A stretch of DNA of 64,000 nt. Source: Escherichia coli (GTDB taxonomy: Bacteria > Pseudomonadota > Gammaproteobacteria > Enterobacterales > Enterobacteriaceae). The DNA is taken from the NCBI RefSeq assembly GCF_009931435.1, contig NZ_CP043414.1. The stretch is one strand, 5' to 3'. This document shows, one piece after another, positions 40,749 through 54,491 of this stretch. A program made the position numbers and the translations under genes. The stretch's first letter is position 1; each line of letters opens with the position of its first letter. Below the pieces are notes generated by a model that was not told where the DNA came from, ran no database searches, and worked only from the letters and a program-made list of their open reading frames with translations.

Positions 40749-41923
40749 GCGTAATCATCGTCGGTGGCGGCATGGCGGGCGCGACGCTGGCGCTGGCTAT
40801 TTCCCGGTTAAGTCACGGGGCGCTGCCGGTACATTTGATTGAAGCGACCGCGCCAGAGTCACATGCTCATCCGGGCTTTGATGGACGAGCTATTGCGCTG
40901 GCGGCGGGTACTTGTCAGCAACTGGCGCGCATCGGCGTCTGGCAATCTCTGGCTGATTGCGCAACCGCCATCACCAGCGTGCATGTCAGCGATCGTGGTC
41001 ATGCCGGATTCGTCACCCTCGCCGCAGAAGATTACCAACTGGCGGCGCTGGGGCAGGTTGTCGAATTGCATAATGTCGGGCAACGGCTGTTTGCATTACT
41101 GCGCAAAGCACCTGGCGTAACGCTGCATTGCCCTGATCGCGTGGCTAACGTTGCCCGTGCTCAGAGTCACGTTGAAGTGACGCTGGAGAGTGGCGAGACG
41201 CTGACGGGCTGCGTGCTGGTAGCCGCTGATGGCACCCATTCCGCGTTAGCCACCGCGTGCGGTGTTGACTGGCAGCAGGAGCCTTACGAACAACTGGCCG
41301 TGATTGCGAACGTTGCGACTTCCGTTGCGCACGAAGGCCGGGCGTTTGAGCGTTTCACACAATATGGCCCGTTGGCGATGTTGCCGATGTCTGACGGACG
41401 CTGTTCGCTGGTCTGGTGTCATCCACTGGAACGGCGCGAAGAGGTGCTGTCGTGGAGCGACGAGACGTTTTGCCGTGAACTCCAGTCGGCCTTTGGTTGG
41501 CGACTTGGGAAAATTACCCACGCTGGTAAACGCAGTGCTTACCCGCTGGCGTTAACCCGCGCCGCCAGACCTATTACCCATCGTACCGTGCTGGTGGGCA
41601 ATGCGGCGCAAACTCTGCACCCGATTGCCGGGCAAGGGTTCAACCTCGGTATGCGGGATGTGATGAGCCTTGCGGAAACGCTGACTCAGGCTCAGGCACG
41701 TGAAGATGACATCGGTGATTACGGCGTATTGTGCCGTTATCAGCAGCGTCGGCAGAGCGATCGAGAAGCAACCATCGGCGTCACGGACAGCCTTGTACAT
41801 CTTTTTGCCAACCGTTGGACGCCGCTGGTTGTCGGGCGCAACATCGGGCTGATGGCAATGGAATTATTCACTCCGGCACGCGATGTGCTGGCGCAGCGCA
41901 CCCTCGGTTGGGTGGCGCGTTGA
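40745..41923 (+). CDS. ubiH: 2-octaprenyl-6-methoxyphenol hydroxylase
   Basis: 392 aa with the FAD motif VGGGMAGA and an ATGA overlap with pepP. Confidence 0.95.
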   Translation: MSVIIVGGGMAGATLALAISRLSHGALPVHLIEATAPESHAHPGFDGRAIALAAGTCQQLARIGVWQSLADCATAITSVHVSDRGHAGFVTLAAEDYQLAALGQVVELHNVGQRLFALLRKAPGVTLHCPDRVANVARAQSHVEVTLESGETLTGCVLVAADGTHSALATACGVDWQQEPYEQLAVIANVATSVAHEGRAFERFTQYGPLAMLPMSDGRCSLVWCHPLERREEVLSWSDETFCRELQSAFGWRLGKITHAGKRSAYPLALTRAARPITHRTVLVGNAAQTLHPIAGQGFNLGMRDVMSLAETLTQAQAREDDIGDYGVLCRYQQRRQSDREATIGVTDSLVHLFANRWTPLVVGRNIGLMAMELFTPARDVLAQRTLGWVAR

Positions 41924-41945
41924 AGGCGGTTTTAAGGAATAAACA

Positions 41946-43148
41946 ATGCAAAGTGTTGATGTAGCCATTGTTGGCGGCGGCATGGTGGGGCTGGCGGTTG
42001 CCTGCGGCTTACAGGGGAGCGGCTTACGCGTTGCCGTACTGGAGCAGCGCGTACCGGAACCCCTGGCGGCGGATGCACCACCACAACTGCGCGTTTCGGC
42101 TATCAATGCCGCCAGCGAAAAATTACTCACCCGTCTTGGCGTCTGGCAGGAGATTCTCTCCCGCAGAGCCAGTTGCTATCACGGCATGGATGTGTGGGAC
42201 AAAGACAGTTTTGGTCACATTTCGTTTGACGATCAAAGCATGGGCTATAGCCATCTTGGGCATATCGTTGAAAATTCAGTCATTCACTACGCGCTGTGGA
42301 ACAAAGCACAGCAGTCCTCAGATATCAGCCTGTTAGCCCCTGCAGAATTACAGCAGGTCGCCTGGGGAGAGAACGAAACCTTCCTGACGCTGAAAGACGG
42401 CAGCATGTTAACGGCGCGTCTGGTAATTGGCGCAGACGGCGCTAATTCCTGGTTGCGCAACAAAGCCGATATTCCGCTGACTTTCTGGGATTATCAGCAT
42501 CACGCGCTGGTGGCGACCATTCGCACGGAAGAACCGCATGATGCGGTGGCGCGACAGGTTTTCCATGGCGAAGGCATTCTGGCCTTTTTGCCGCTTAGCG
42601 ATCCGCATCTTTGCTCAATTGTCTGGTCACTGTCCCCAGAGGAAGCACAGCGGATGCATCAGGCAGGCGAAGACGAATTTAACCGCGAGTTAAATATCGC
42701 TTTTGATAATCGCCTGGGCTTATGCAAGGTTGAGAGTGAACGTCTGGTGTTCCCGCTGACTGGGCGTTATGCGCGCCAGTTTGCCGCGCACCGTCTGGCG
42801 CTGGTGGGCGACGCCGCGCATACCATTCACCCGTTGGCGGGGCAGGGGGTGAATCTCGGCTTTATGGATGCTGCAGAGCTGATTGCTGAACTGAAACGGT
42901 TGCATCGTCAGGGTAAAGACATCGGGCAGTACATTTACCTGCGTCGCTATGAGCGTAGCCGCAAGCACAGTGCGGCGCTGATGCTGGCAGGTATGCAGGG
43001 ATTCCGCGATCTGTTTTCCGGGGCTAATCCGGCGAAAAAACTGCTGCGTGATATTGGCCTGAAACTGGCCGATACGCTTCCTGGCGTTAAACCACAACTT
43101 ATCCGTCAGGCAATGGGATTAAACGATTTGCCTGAATGGCTGCGCTAA
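41946..43148 (+). CDS. ubiI: 2-octaprenylphenol hydroxylase (VisC)
   Basis: 400 aa with the FAD motif VGGGMVGLA. Confidence 0.93.
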   Translation: MQSVDVAIVGGGMVGLAVACGLQGSGLRVAVLEQRVPEPLAADAPPQLRVSAINAASEKLLTRLGVWQEILSRRASCYHGMDVWDKDSFGHISFDDQSMGYSHLGHIVENSVIHYALWNKAQQSSDISLLAPAELQQVAWGENETFLTLKDGSMLTARLVIGADGANSWLRNKADIPLTFWDYQHHALVATIRTEEPHDAVARQVFHGEGILAFLPLSDPHLCSIVWSLSPEEAQRMHQAGEDEFNRELNIAFDNRLGLCKVESERLVFPLTGRYARQFAAHRLALVGDAAHTIHPLAGQGVNLGFMDAAELIAELKRLHRQGKDIGQYIYLRRYERSRKHSAALMLAGMQGFRDLFSGANPAKKLLRDIGLKLADTLPGVKPQLIRQAMGLNDLPEWLR

Positions 43149-43190
43149 AAATTTCTCTTCTGCTGTTTATTTGATACCCATCACACTTTC

Positions 43191-43220
43191 ATCTCCCGGT
43201 TTTTTCGCCGGGAGATTTTC
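43191..43220 (+). terminator. ubiI rho-independent terminator
   Basis: ATCTCCCGG-ttttttcg-CCGGGAGAT is followed by TTTTC. Confidence 0.8.
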
Positions 43221-43594
43221 CTCATTTGAAATAAACTAATTTCACCTCCGTTTTCGCATTATATTTTCTAATGTCACGAATTTTTGATTTAGTGTTTTTT
43301 GACATTTTTTCAGTTCTTAATGTTGTCTTATTCAAATTAACTTTCTCATCTAATTATCTTTGTATAGAGAATGGTCGTTTTTTGGTTTTTTATTCTGTTG
43401 CAATTTTGACGTTTTTTAACCATAAGCTAATGTGATGTTTAATTTTACCTTATGGTTAACAGTCTGTTTCGGTGGTAAGTTCAGGGAAAAGAGAACGATT
43501 GCGTTGGGGACCGGGAGTGGCTCCGATGCTGGGTTTCGTGGTGATAATTTCACCATGAAAAAGTTGTCAGCCCCGCTTATTCAATGAGGACAAG

Positions 43595-44689
43595 ATGGCA
43601 CAACAGACTCCTTTGTACGAACAACACACGCTTTGCGGCGCTCGCATGGTGGATTTCCACGGCTGGATGATGCCGCTGCATTACGGTTCGCAAATCGACG
43701 AACATCATGCGGTACGTACCGATGCCGGAATGTTTGATGTGTCACATATGACCATCGTCGATCTTCGCGGCAGTCGCACCCGGGAGTTTCTGCGTTATCT
43801 GCTGGCTAACGATGTGGCGAAGCTCACCAAAAGCGGCAAAGCCCTTTACTCGGGGATGTTGAATGCCTCTGGCGGTGTGATAGATGACCTTATCGTCTAC
43901 TACTTTACTGAAGATTTCTTCCGCCTCGTTGTTAACTCCGCCACCCGCGAAAAAGACCTCTCCTGGATTACCCAACACGCTGAACCTTTCGGCATCGAAA
44001 TTACCGTTCGTGATGACCTCTCCATGATTGCCGTACAAGGGCCGAATGCGCAGGCAAAAGCTGCCACACTGTTTAATGATGCTCAGCGTCAGGCGGTGGA
44101 AGGGATGAAACCCTTCTTTGGCGTGCAGGCGGGCGATCTGTTTATTGCCACCACCGGTTATACCGGTGAAGTGGGCTACGAAATTGCGCTGCCCAATGAA
44201 AAAGCGGCGGATTTCTGGCGTGCGCTGGTGGAAGCGGGCGTTAAGCCCTGCGGTCTGGGCGCTCGTGACACACTGCGTCTGGAAGCGGGTATGAATCTGT
44301 ATAGCCAGGAGATGGACGAAACTATTTCTCCTTTAGCCGCCAACATGGGCTGGACCATCGCCTGGGAACCGACTGATCGTGACTTTATCGGTCGTGAAGC
44401 TCTGGAAGCGCAGCGTGAACATGGCACAGAAAAACTGGTTGGTCTGGTGATGACCGAAAAAGGCGTGCTGCGTAATGAACTGCCGGTACGTTTTACCGAT
44501 GCGCAGGGCAATCAGCATGAAGGCATTATCACCAGCGGTACTTTCTCCCCGACGTTGGGTTACAGCATTGCGCTGGCACGCGTGCCGGAAGGTATTGGCG
44601 AAACGGCGATTGTGCAAATTCGCAACCGTGAAATGCCGGTAAAAGTGACGAAACCTGTTTTTGTGCGTAACGGCAAAGCCGTCGCGTGA
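43595..44689 (+). CDS. gcvT: glycine cleavage T protein (aminomethyltransferase)
   Basis: 364 aa ([33 protein letters not shown]). Confidence 0.97.
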
Positions 44690-44711
44690 TTTACTTTTTG
44701 GAGATTAATTG

Positions 44712-45101
44712 ATGAGCAACGTACCAGCAGAACTGAAATACAGCAAAGAACACGAATGGCTGCGTAAAGAAGCCGACGGCACTTACACTGTTGGCATCAC
44801 TGAGCACGCTCAGGAGCTGTTAGGCGATATGGTGTTTGTTGACCTGCCGGAAGTGGGCGCAACAGTTAGCGCGGGCGATGACTGCGCGGTTGCCGAATCG
44901 GTAAAAGCGGCGTCAGACATTTATGCGCCAGTAAGCGGTGAAATCGTGGCGGTAAACGACGCACTCAGCGATTCCCCGGAACTGGTGAACAGCGAACCGT
45001 ATGCAGGCGGCTGGATCTTTAAAATCAAAGCCAGCGATGAAAGCGAACTGGAATCACTGCTGGATGCGACCGCATACGAAGCATTGTTAGAAGACGAGTA
45101 A
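44712..45101 (+). CDS. gcvH: glycine cleavage H protein
   Basis: 129 aa from ATG 44712, with the lipoyl-lysine motif ESVKAASD. Confidence 0.96.
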
Positions 45102-45111
45102 CGGCTTTATT

Positions 45112-45181
45112 CCTCTTCTGCGGGAGAGGATCGGGGTGAGGATATTTACGCCTCACCCTCACTCTCTTCGCAAGGAGAGAG
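45112..45181 (+). repeat. three consecutive GC-rich hairpins in the gcvH-gcvP spacer (boxC-like)
   Basis: The hairpins are CCTCTT..GAGAGG (45112-45129), GGGTGAGG-N9-CCTCACCC (about 45134-45158) and CTCTCTTC-gcaa-GGAGAGAG (45162-45181). Confidence 0.55.
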
Positions 45182-45218
45182 GTTCACAATTCACTGCACG
45201 TTTCAGGAACCATCGCTC

Positions 45219-48092
45219 ATGACACAGACGTTAAGCCAGCTTGAAAACAGCGGCGCTTTTATTGAACGCCATATCGGACCGGACGCCGCGCAACAGCAAG
45301 AAATGCTGAATGCCGTTGGCGCACAATCGTTAAACGCGCTGACCGGCCAGATTGTGCCGAAAGATATTCAGCTTGCGACCCCGCCGCAGGTTGGCGCACC
45401 GGCGACCGAATACGCCGCGCTGGCGGAACTCAAGGCTATTGCCAGTCGCAATAAACGCTTCACGTCTTACATCGGCATGGGTTACACCGCCGTGCAGTTA
45501 CCGCCGGTTATCCTGCGTAACATGCTGGAAAATCCGGGCTGGTATACCGCGTATACTCCGTATCAACCTGAAGTCTCCCAGGGCCGCCTTGAAGCACTGC
45601 TCAACTTCCAGCAGGTAACGCTGGATTTGACTGGCCTGGATATGGCTTCGGCTTCTCTTCTTGACGAAGCCACCGCTGCCGCCGAAGCAATGGCGATGGC
45701 GAAACGCGTCAGCAAACTGAAAAATGCCAACCGCTTCTTTGTTGCTTCTGACGTGCATCCGCAAACGCTGGATGTGGTACGTACTCGTGCCGAAACCTTT
45801 GGTTTTGAAGTGATTGTCGATGACGCGCAAAAAGTGCTGGATCACCAGGACGTCTTCGGCGTGCTGTTACAGCAGGTCGGCACTACCGGTGAAATTCACG
45901 ACTACACCGCGCTTATCAGCGAACTGAAATCACGCAAAATTGTGGTCAGCGTTGCCGCCGATATTATGGCGCTGGTGCTGTTAACTGCGCCGGGTAAACA
46001 GGGCGCGGATATTGTCTTTGGTTCGGCGCAACGCTTTGGCGTACCGATGGGCTACGGTGGCCCGCACGCGGCATTCTTTGCGGCGAAAGATGAATACAAA
46101 CGCTCAATGCCGGGCCGTATTATTGGTGTATCGAAAGATGCTGCGGGCAATACCGCGCTGCGCATGGCGATGCAGACTCGCGAGCAACATATTCGCCGTG
46201 AGAAAGCGAACTCCAACATTTGTACTTCCCAGGTACTGCTGGCAAACATCGCCAGCCTGTATGCCGTTTATCACGGTCCGGTTGGCCTGAAACGTATCGC
46301 TAACCGCATCCACCGTCTTACTGATATCCTGGCTGCAGGTCTGCAACAAAAAGGTCAGAAGCTGCGCCATGCGCACTATTTCGATACTTTGTGTTTGGAA
46401 GTGGCCGACAAAGCGGGCGTGCTGGCGCGTGCCGAAGCGGCTGAAATCAACCTGCGTAGCGATATTCTGAATGCGGTGGGGATCACCCTTGATGAAACCA
46501 CCACGCGCGAAAACGTGATGCAGCTTTTCAGCGTACTGCTGGGCGATAATCACGGACTGGACATCGACACGCTGGACAAAGACGTGGCTCACGACAGCCG
46601 TTCTATTCAGCCTGCAATGCTGCGCGATGACGAAATGCTCACCCATCCGGTGTTTAATCGCTACCACAGCGAAACCGAAATGATGCGCTATATGCACTCG
46701 CTGGAGCGTAAAGATCTGGCGCTGAATCAGGCGATGATCCCGCTGGGTTCCTGCACCATGAAACTGAACGCCGCCGCCGAGATGATCCCAATCACCTGGC
46801 CGGAATTTGCCGAACTGCACCCGTTCTGCCCGCCGGAACAGGCCGAAGGTTATCAGCAGATGATCGCGCAACTGGCTGACTGGCTGGTGAAACTGACCGG
46901 TTACGACGCCGTCTGTATGCAGCCGAACTCTGGCGCTCAGGGCGAATACGCGGGGCTGCTGGCGATTCGTCATTATCATGAAAGCCGCAACGAAGGACAT
47001 CGCGATATCTGCCTGATCCCGGCTTCTGCGCATGGCACTAACCCGGCTTCCGCGCATATGGCAGGAATGCAGGTGGTGGTTGTGGCGTGTGATAAAAACG
47101 GCAACATCGATCTGACTGACCTGCGCGCGAAAGCGGAGCAGGCGGGCGATAATCTCTCCTGCATTATGGTGACCTATCCTTCCACCCACGGCGTGTACGA
47201 AGAAACGATCCGTGAAGTGTGTGAAATCGTGCATCAGTTCGGCGGTCAGGTTTACCTTGATGGCGCGAACATGAACGCCCAGGTTGGCATCACTTCGCCG
47301 GGCTTTATTGGCGCGGACGTTTCGCACCTTAACCTGCATAAAACTTTCTGCATTCCGCACGGCGGTGGTGGTCCGGGTATGGGACCGATCGGCGTGAAAG
47401 CGCATTTGGCACCGTTTGTTCCGGGTCATAGCGTGGTGCAAATCGAAGGCATGTTAACCCGTCAGGGCGCGGTTTCTGCGGCACCGTTCGGTAGCGCTTC
47501 TATTCTGCCAATTAGCTGGATGTACATCCGCATGATGGGCGCAGAAGGGCTGAAAAAAGCAAGCCAGGTGGCAATCCTCAACGCCAACTATATTGCCAGC
47601 CGCCTGCAGGATGCCTTCCCGGTGCTGTATACCGGTCGCGATGGTCGCGTGGCGCACGAATGTATTCTCGATATTCGCCCGTTGAAAGAAGAAACCGGCA
47701 TCAGCGAGCTGGATATTGCCAAGCGTCTGATCGACTATGGTTTCCACGCGCCGACCATGTCGTTCCCGGTGGCGGGGACGCTGATGGTAGAACCGACTGA
47801 ATCTGAAAGCAAAGTGGAACTGGATCGCTTTATCGACGCGATGCTGGCTATCCGCGCAGAAATTGACCAGGTGAAAGCCGGTGTCTGGCCGCTGGAAGAT
47901 AACCCGCTGGTGAATGCTCCGCACATTCAGAGCGAACTGGTCGCCGAGTGGGCGCATCCGTACAGCCGTGAAGTTGCAGTATTCCCGGCAGGCGTGGCAG
48001 ATAAATACTGGCCGACAGTGAAACGTCTGGATGATGTTTACGGGGACCGTAACCTGTTCTGCTCCTGCGTACCGATTAGCGAATACCAGTAA
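45219..48092 (+). CDS. gcvP: glycine dehydrogenase (decarboxylating), P protein
   Basis: 957 aa ([22 protein letters not shown]). Confidence 0.97.
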   Translation: MTQTLSQLENSGAFIERHIGPDAAQQQEMLNAVGAQSLNALTGQIVPKDIQLATPPQVGAPATEYAALAELKAIASRNKRFTSYIGMGYTAVQLPPVILRNMLENPGWYTAYTPYQPEVSQGRLEALLNFQQVTLDLTGLDMASASLLDEATAAAEAMAMAKRVSKLKNANRFFVASDVHPQTLDVVRTRAETFGFEVIVDDAQKVLDHQDVFGVLLQQVGTTGEIHDYTALISELKSRKIVVSVAADIMALVLLTAPGKQGADIVFGSAQRFGVPMGYGGPHAAFFAAKDEYKRSMPGRIIGVSKDAAGNTALRMAMQTREQHIRREKANSNICTSQVLLANIASLYAVYHGPVGLKRIANRIHRLTDILAAGLQQKGQKLRHAHYFDTLCLEVADKAGVLARAEAAEINLRSDILNAVGITLDETTTRENVMQLFSVLLGDNHGLDIDTLDKDVAHDSRSIQPAMLRDDEMLTHPVFNRYHSETEMMRYMHSLERKDLALNQAMIPLGSCTMKLNAAAEMIPITWPEFAELHPFCPPEQAEGYQQMIAQLADWLVKLTGYDAVCMQPNSGAQGEYAGLLAIRHYHESRNEGHRDICLIPASAHGTNPASAHMAGMQVVVVACDKNGNIDLTDLRAKAEQAGDNLSCIMVTYPSTHGVYEETIREVCEIVHQFGGQVYLDGANMNAQVGITSPGFIGADVSHLNLHKTFCIPHGGGGPGMGPIGVKAHLAPFVPGHSVVQIEGMLTRQGAVSAAPFGSASILPISWMYIRMMGAEGLKKASQVAILNANYIASRLQDAFPVLYTGRDGRVAHECILDIRPLKEETGISELDIAKRLIDYGFHAPTMSFPVAGTLMVEPTESESKVELDRFIDAMLAIRAEIDQVKAGVWPLEDNPLVNAPHIQSELVAEWAHPYSREVAVFPAGVADKYWPTVKRLDDVYGDRNLFCSCVPISEYQ

Positions 48093-48114
48093 TTTACTGA
48101 TTCGACTATCTTCT

Positions 48115-48134
48115 AAAGGCGCTTCGGCGCCTTT
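48115..48134 (+). repeat. stem-loop AAAGGCGC-TTCG-GCGCCTTT, copy 1 (no T-tract)
   Basis: This 20-bp sequence is identical to 48288-48307. It lies 23 nt after the gcvP stop. Confidence 0.9.
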
Positions 48135-48157
48135 GACACTGATGTCAAACTCAACAT

Positions 48158-48257
48158 TGCCTGATGCACCTCGTTTATCAGGCCTACATAGTCTGTGCAA
48201 TGTATTGAATTTGCACGATCTTGTAGGCTGGATAAGGCGTTCACGCCGCATCCGGCA
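48158..48257. repeat. BIME-1 type REP pair
   Basis: TGCCTGATGCACCTCGTTTATCAGGCCTACA and TGTAGGCTGGATAAGGCGTTCACGCCGCATCCGGCA flank the spacer gtgcaatgtattgaatttgcac. Confidence 0.9.
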
Positions 48258-48287
48258 TAATAAAAGCACTTTGTCATCAATAATTTG

Positions 48288-48315
48288 AAAGGCGCTTCGG
48301 CGCCTTTATTTTTTT
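48288..48315 (+). terminator. stem-loop copy 2 plus T-tract, probable gcvP terminator
   Basis: The same 20-bp hairpin is followed by ATTTTTTT. Confidence 0.8.
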
Positions 48316-48325
48316 AGGAAAACAA

Positions 48326-49069
48326 ATGACTATAGCACTTGTGACCGGTGGCAGTCGCGGCATCGGGCGGGCAACTGCATTACTGTTGGCGCAAGAAGGG
48401 TATACGGTGGCGGTTAATTATCAGCAAAACCTCCACGCGGCGCAGGAAGTGGTGAAGTTAATCACGCAAGCCGGTGGCAAGGCATTCGTGCTTCAGGCGG
48501 ATATCAGCGACGAAAATCAGGTCATCGCAATGTTTACAGCAATCGATCAGCACGATGAACCGCTAGCCGCGCTGGTCAATAACGCCGGGATCTTGTTTAC
48601 CCAGTGCACCGTAGAAAACCTTACCGCAGAGCGAATCAACCGGGTACTTTCCACCAATGTGACGGGATATTTTCTCTGCTGCCGCGAGGCGGTAAAGCGC
48701 ATGGCGCTTAAGAACGGCGGTAATGGCGGTGCTATCGTCAATGTCTCGTCAGTGGCTTCACGGCTGGGATCGCCGGGAGAATACGTTGACTATGCGGCAT
48801 CGAAAGGGGCGATTGATACGTTAACCACAGGGCTGTCACTGGAAGTCGCCGCGCAGGGGATCCGCGTTAACGGCGTGCGGCCAGGGTTTATTTATACCGA
48901 AATGCACGCCAGCGGTGGCGAACCTGGACGCGTTGATCGCGTTAAGTCGAACATCCCCATGCAGCGTGGCGGACAGGCGGAAGAGGTCGCGCAGGCCATC
49001 GTCTGGCTGTTAAGTGATAAAGCCTCTTATGTCACGGGAAGTTTTATCGATTTGGCGGGTGGAAAATAA
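48326..49069 (+). CDS. ygfF: short-chain dehydrogenase/reductase YgfF
   Basis: 247 aa with TGGSRGIG and the catalytic YAASK motif. Confidence 0.9.
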   Translation: MTIALVTGGSRGIGRATALLLAQEGYTVAVNYQQNLHAAQEVVKLITQAGGKAFVLQADISDENQVIAMFTAIDQHDEPLAALVNNAGILFTQCTVENLTAERINRVLSTNVTGYFLCCREAVKRMALKNGGNGGAIVNVSSVASRLGSPGEYVDYAASKGAIDTLTTGLSLEVAAQGIRVNGVRPGFIYTEMHASGGEPGRVDRVKSNIPMQRGGQAEEVAQAIVWLLSDKASYVTGSFIDLAGGK

Positions 49070-49125
49070 AACAGGAAAGTTATCTGACCGGATGCAACGA
49101 GTATTGCATCCGGTACTTCATCGAC

Positions 49126-50586
<1,461 letters not shown>

Positions 50587-50603
50587 TTACAGGAAATAGT
50601 ACC

Positions 50604-50915
50604 ATGCAGCCAAACGACATCACTTTTTTTCAACGTTTCCAGGATGACATTCTGGCTGGTCGTAAAACCATCACCATCCGCGACGAGTCTGAATCGCACT
50701 TCAAAACGGGTGATGTGCTTCGTGTCGGGCGTTTTGAAGATGACGGTTATTTTTGCACGATTGAAGTCACCGCAACCTCAACCGTAACGCTGGATACACT
50801 GACGGAAAAACATGCAGAGCAGGAAAATATGACCCTGACTGATCTGAAAAAGGTCATTGCCGATATCTATCCCGGCCAGACACAGTTTTATGTGATTGAA
50901 TTTAAATGCCTTTAA
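50604..50915 (+). CDS. yqfB: ASCH-domain protein YqfB
   Basis: 103 aa ([27 protein letters not shown]). Confidence 0.9.
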   Translation: MQPNDITFFQRFQDDILAGRKTITIRDESESHFKTGDVLRVGRFEDDGYFCTIEVTATSTVTLDTLTEKHAEQENMTLTDLKKVIADIYPGQTQFYVIEFKCL

Positions 50916-51075
50916 ATTGAACTCACGCCTGTTAGTTGAAATTTCGCATTTAATTTCATGATTTTTCGGAGATTAGTCTCAAATCAGAATTTATTTTAGC
51001 TAACAGGTGTTCACTGGAACTATTCTCAGTTACGCTGGAGAGGTATACATGTGCGTGTACGTTTCTCCGGAGTAA

Positions 51076-51738
<663 letters not shown>

Positions 51739-51751
51739 TGGGTGTGCCTTT

Positions 51752-51908
51752 GTAGGCCTGATAAGACGCGTCAGCGTCGCATCAGGCATCGGATCGCAAC
51801 TGCCGGATGCGGCGTGAACGCCTTATCCGGCCTACGGGCCGCGTCCTTGGTGTGATAAAGGCACCAAATCCCAGGCATGATAAGACGCGTCAGCGTCGCA
51901 TCAGGCAA
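51752..51908. repeat. REP cluster (three REP units) between convergent yqfA and ygfZ
   Basis: TGATAAGACGCGTCAGCGTCGCATCAGGCA occurs twice in direct orientation (51759-51788 and 51878-51907). The unit TGCCGGATGCGGCGTGAACGCCTTATCCGGCCTAC lies between them. Confidence 0.9.
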
Positions 51909-51932
51909 TAGTCGCCGGAGCGATACAGAGAT

Positions 51933-52913
51933 TTACTCTTCGAGCGAATACGGCAGCGGCTCGATATGCAATGTATTCGCATCGTCACGTACGCGGAAGA
52001 TGCTGTCCGGTTCCATATCGTTATTCATGACGACCTGTACCACGACCTGACCATCTTCCAGTTTTACCGCAGCCAGCACCGTACCGGTACGACGCCAGTT
52101 CTCGCCCATTTTCAGCTCTAAATCTTCACCCGCTTCCGGCAGTCGGCTGGCGCTACCTGCCAGCAGCCAGAGGGCACGTTTGTTGGCACCGCGGAATTTA
52201 GCTCGTGCCACCATCTCTTGTCCGGTATAACAGCCTTTTTTAAAGCTGATGCCGCCCAGCGCCTGGAGGTTGGTCGCCTGTGGGATAAACTGCCCGCTGT
52301 TGGCGGCATCAATCACCGGAAAACCCGCTTCAATGTTTAATGCCAGCCACTGTTGGCTATTGTTCAGTTCTGCTTCACCGCGCAGTTTATCGGTCAGCGT
52401 ATTGGCGGTAGCTTCATCGGTTACGATCAGGAAACGTTCTGCTGGGTGTTCAAACCATAGCAGGGTAGTCGCACCTTCTCTGATAACCTGCTTTTCCTTC
52501 GAAGGTAATTCACTAAAGAGGTTAGCCAGCGCAGCGCGTGCCTGAAAACCGGCAACACCAAGCAGCACACGTTCATCGTCTGGCGCGATGGTCACTTTAG
52601 AGAACACCGCATATTTTTTCAGTTCAGTCAGTTGTGACTCGCGCACGCTGCGCCGTTCAATCCACGCAAAGCCATCGCCGTCGCGGAACAGACGTAAATT
52701 GCTCCACATTTTGCCTTTGGCGTCGCAATGGGCGGCGAGCAGGTGCTGATCTTCTGTCATCTGGCTGACATCTGCTGTCACCTGACCCTGCATATATTTT
52801 TCGCTGTCCGCGCCAGTAATGGTGGCAAGCGCCCAGTCATCAAGCGTCATCAGCGTCAGCGGTAAACGGGCAGAAGCCGTAGGCTGACGGGGAGGAAAAG
52901 GTGTAAAAGCCAT
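51933..52913 (-). CDS. ygfZ: folate-binding Fe-S cluster repair/tRNA-modification protein YgfZ
   Basis: 326 aa from ATG 52913 ([29 protein letters not shown]). Confidence 0.94.
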   Translation of the reverse strand: MAFTPFPPRQPTASARLPLTLMTLDDWALATITGADSEKYMQGQVTADVSQMTEDQHLLAAHCDAKGKMWSNLRLFRDGDGFAWIERRSVRESQLTELKKYAVFSKVTIAPDDERVLLGVAGFQARAALANLFSELPSKEKQVIREGATTLLWFEHPAERFLIVTDEATANTLTDKLRGEAELNNSQQWLALNIEAGFPVIDAANSGQFIPQATNLQALGGISFKKGCYTGQEMVARAKFRGANKRALWLLAGSASRLPEAGEDLELKMGENWRRTGTVLAAVKLEDGQVVVQVVMNNDMEPDSIFRVRDDANTLHIEPLPYSLEE

Positions 52914-53152
52914 AATGGAGTCCTGTTTTACAAACGGCGTATTTATGACTAATGGTAAAAGAGCTATGAGGCAATGCAAGTGCTTTCACTACGCGATCTG
53001 TGCCTTCTGATATGCTTTGCGAGGCGACTACCAAAAAAATGAAGCCCTTGAAATATTGTGGGTTAATTTCGCGATCGCGATTGTGTTTACTGATATTCCC
53101 GCAAAAGAAGTCGAAAAACACGTTACAATAGCCTGGTACTGGATTTTCGTGA

Positions 53153-53819
<667 letters not shown>

Positions 53820-53858
53820 AGATGACGGCAAAGGCTGTGTGCTAAGCCGTCAGTGACA

Positions 53859-54380
53859 TCAGGCGTAATGCTCTGCCATTTCGTTGAGGATTTGCTCGCA
53901 CCAGCTCTGAATACGCTCGTCGCTAAGGTCATACTGGTTAGTTTCGTCCAGTGCCAGACCCACGAACAGTTGCCCGTCAGCAATCACCGGTTTCGGGCTG
54001 GTAAACTCATATCCTTCCGTTGGCCAGTAGCCGACGAACTTCACGCCTTTGGTCGAGAGTTTGTCATGCAGCATGCCGAGCGCATCGAGGAACCACTCGC
54101 CGTACCCCAGTTGATCGCCAAGCCCATACAGCGCAACAATTTTACCTTCGAGATTCAGGTCGTCGAGCTGATCCCAGATGGCTTCCCAGTCTTCCTGGAT
54201 TTCGCCAAAATCCCAGGTCGGGATACCCAGAATGAGCACATCGTACTGCTCCATTAATTTCGGGGAGTCGTCCTTGAGGTTATGTAAGGTCACCAGTTCT
54301 GGGCCGATAATATCGCGGATTTTTTCTGCCGCCATTTCGGTGTAACAGGTGCTGGAACCGTAAAAAAGACCCATATTCAT
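53859..54380 (-). CDS. fldB: flavodoxin 2
   Basis: 173 aa ([21 protein letters not shown]). Confidence 0.95.
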   Translation of the reverse strand: MNMGLFYGSSTCYTEMAAEKIRDIIGPELVTLHNLKDDSPKLMEQYDVLILGIPTWDFGEIQEDWEAIWDQLDDLNLEGKIVALYGLGDQLGYGEWFLDALGMLHDKLSTKGVKFVGYWPTEGYEFTSPKPVIADGQLFVGLALDETNQYDLSDERIQSWCEQILNEMAEHYA

Positions 54381-54491
54381 AACGTAAGCTTCTCGATTCT
54401 GCTGTGGCTTTTGCGGCTAGTGTATCAGAATCGCTTTAGTCACGGCACAATAAGGCATAATGGATCAAATGAGTGACCATAAGGGGCGCAA

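Noticed and set aside
51049-51075. 8-codon upstream ORF (MCVYVSPE) with its own GGAGAGG RBS, ending 3 nt before the yqfA start.
   Set aside because: It is too short to evaluate from sequence alone and there is no recognisable leader-peptide logic. It could be a chance ORF within the yqfA RBS region. It is kept only as a note.
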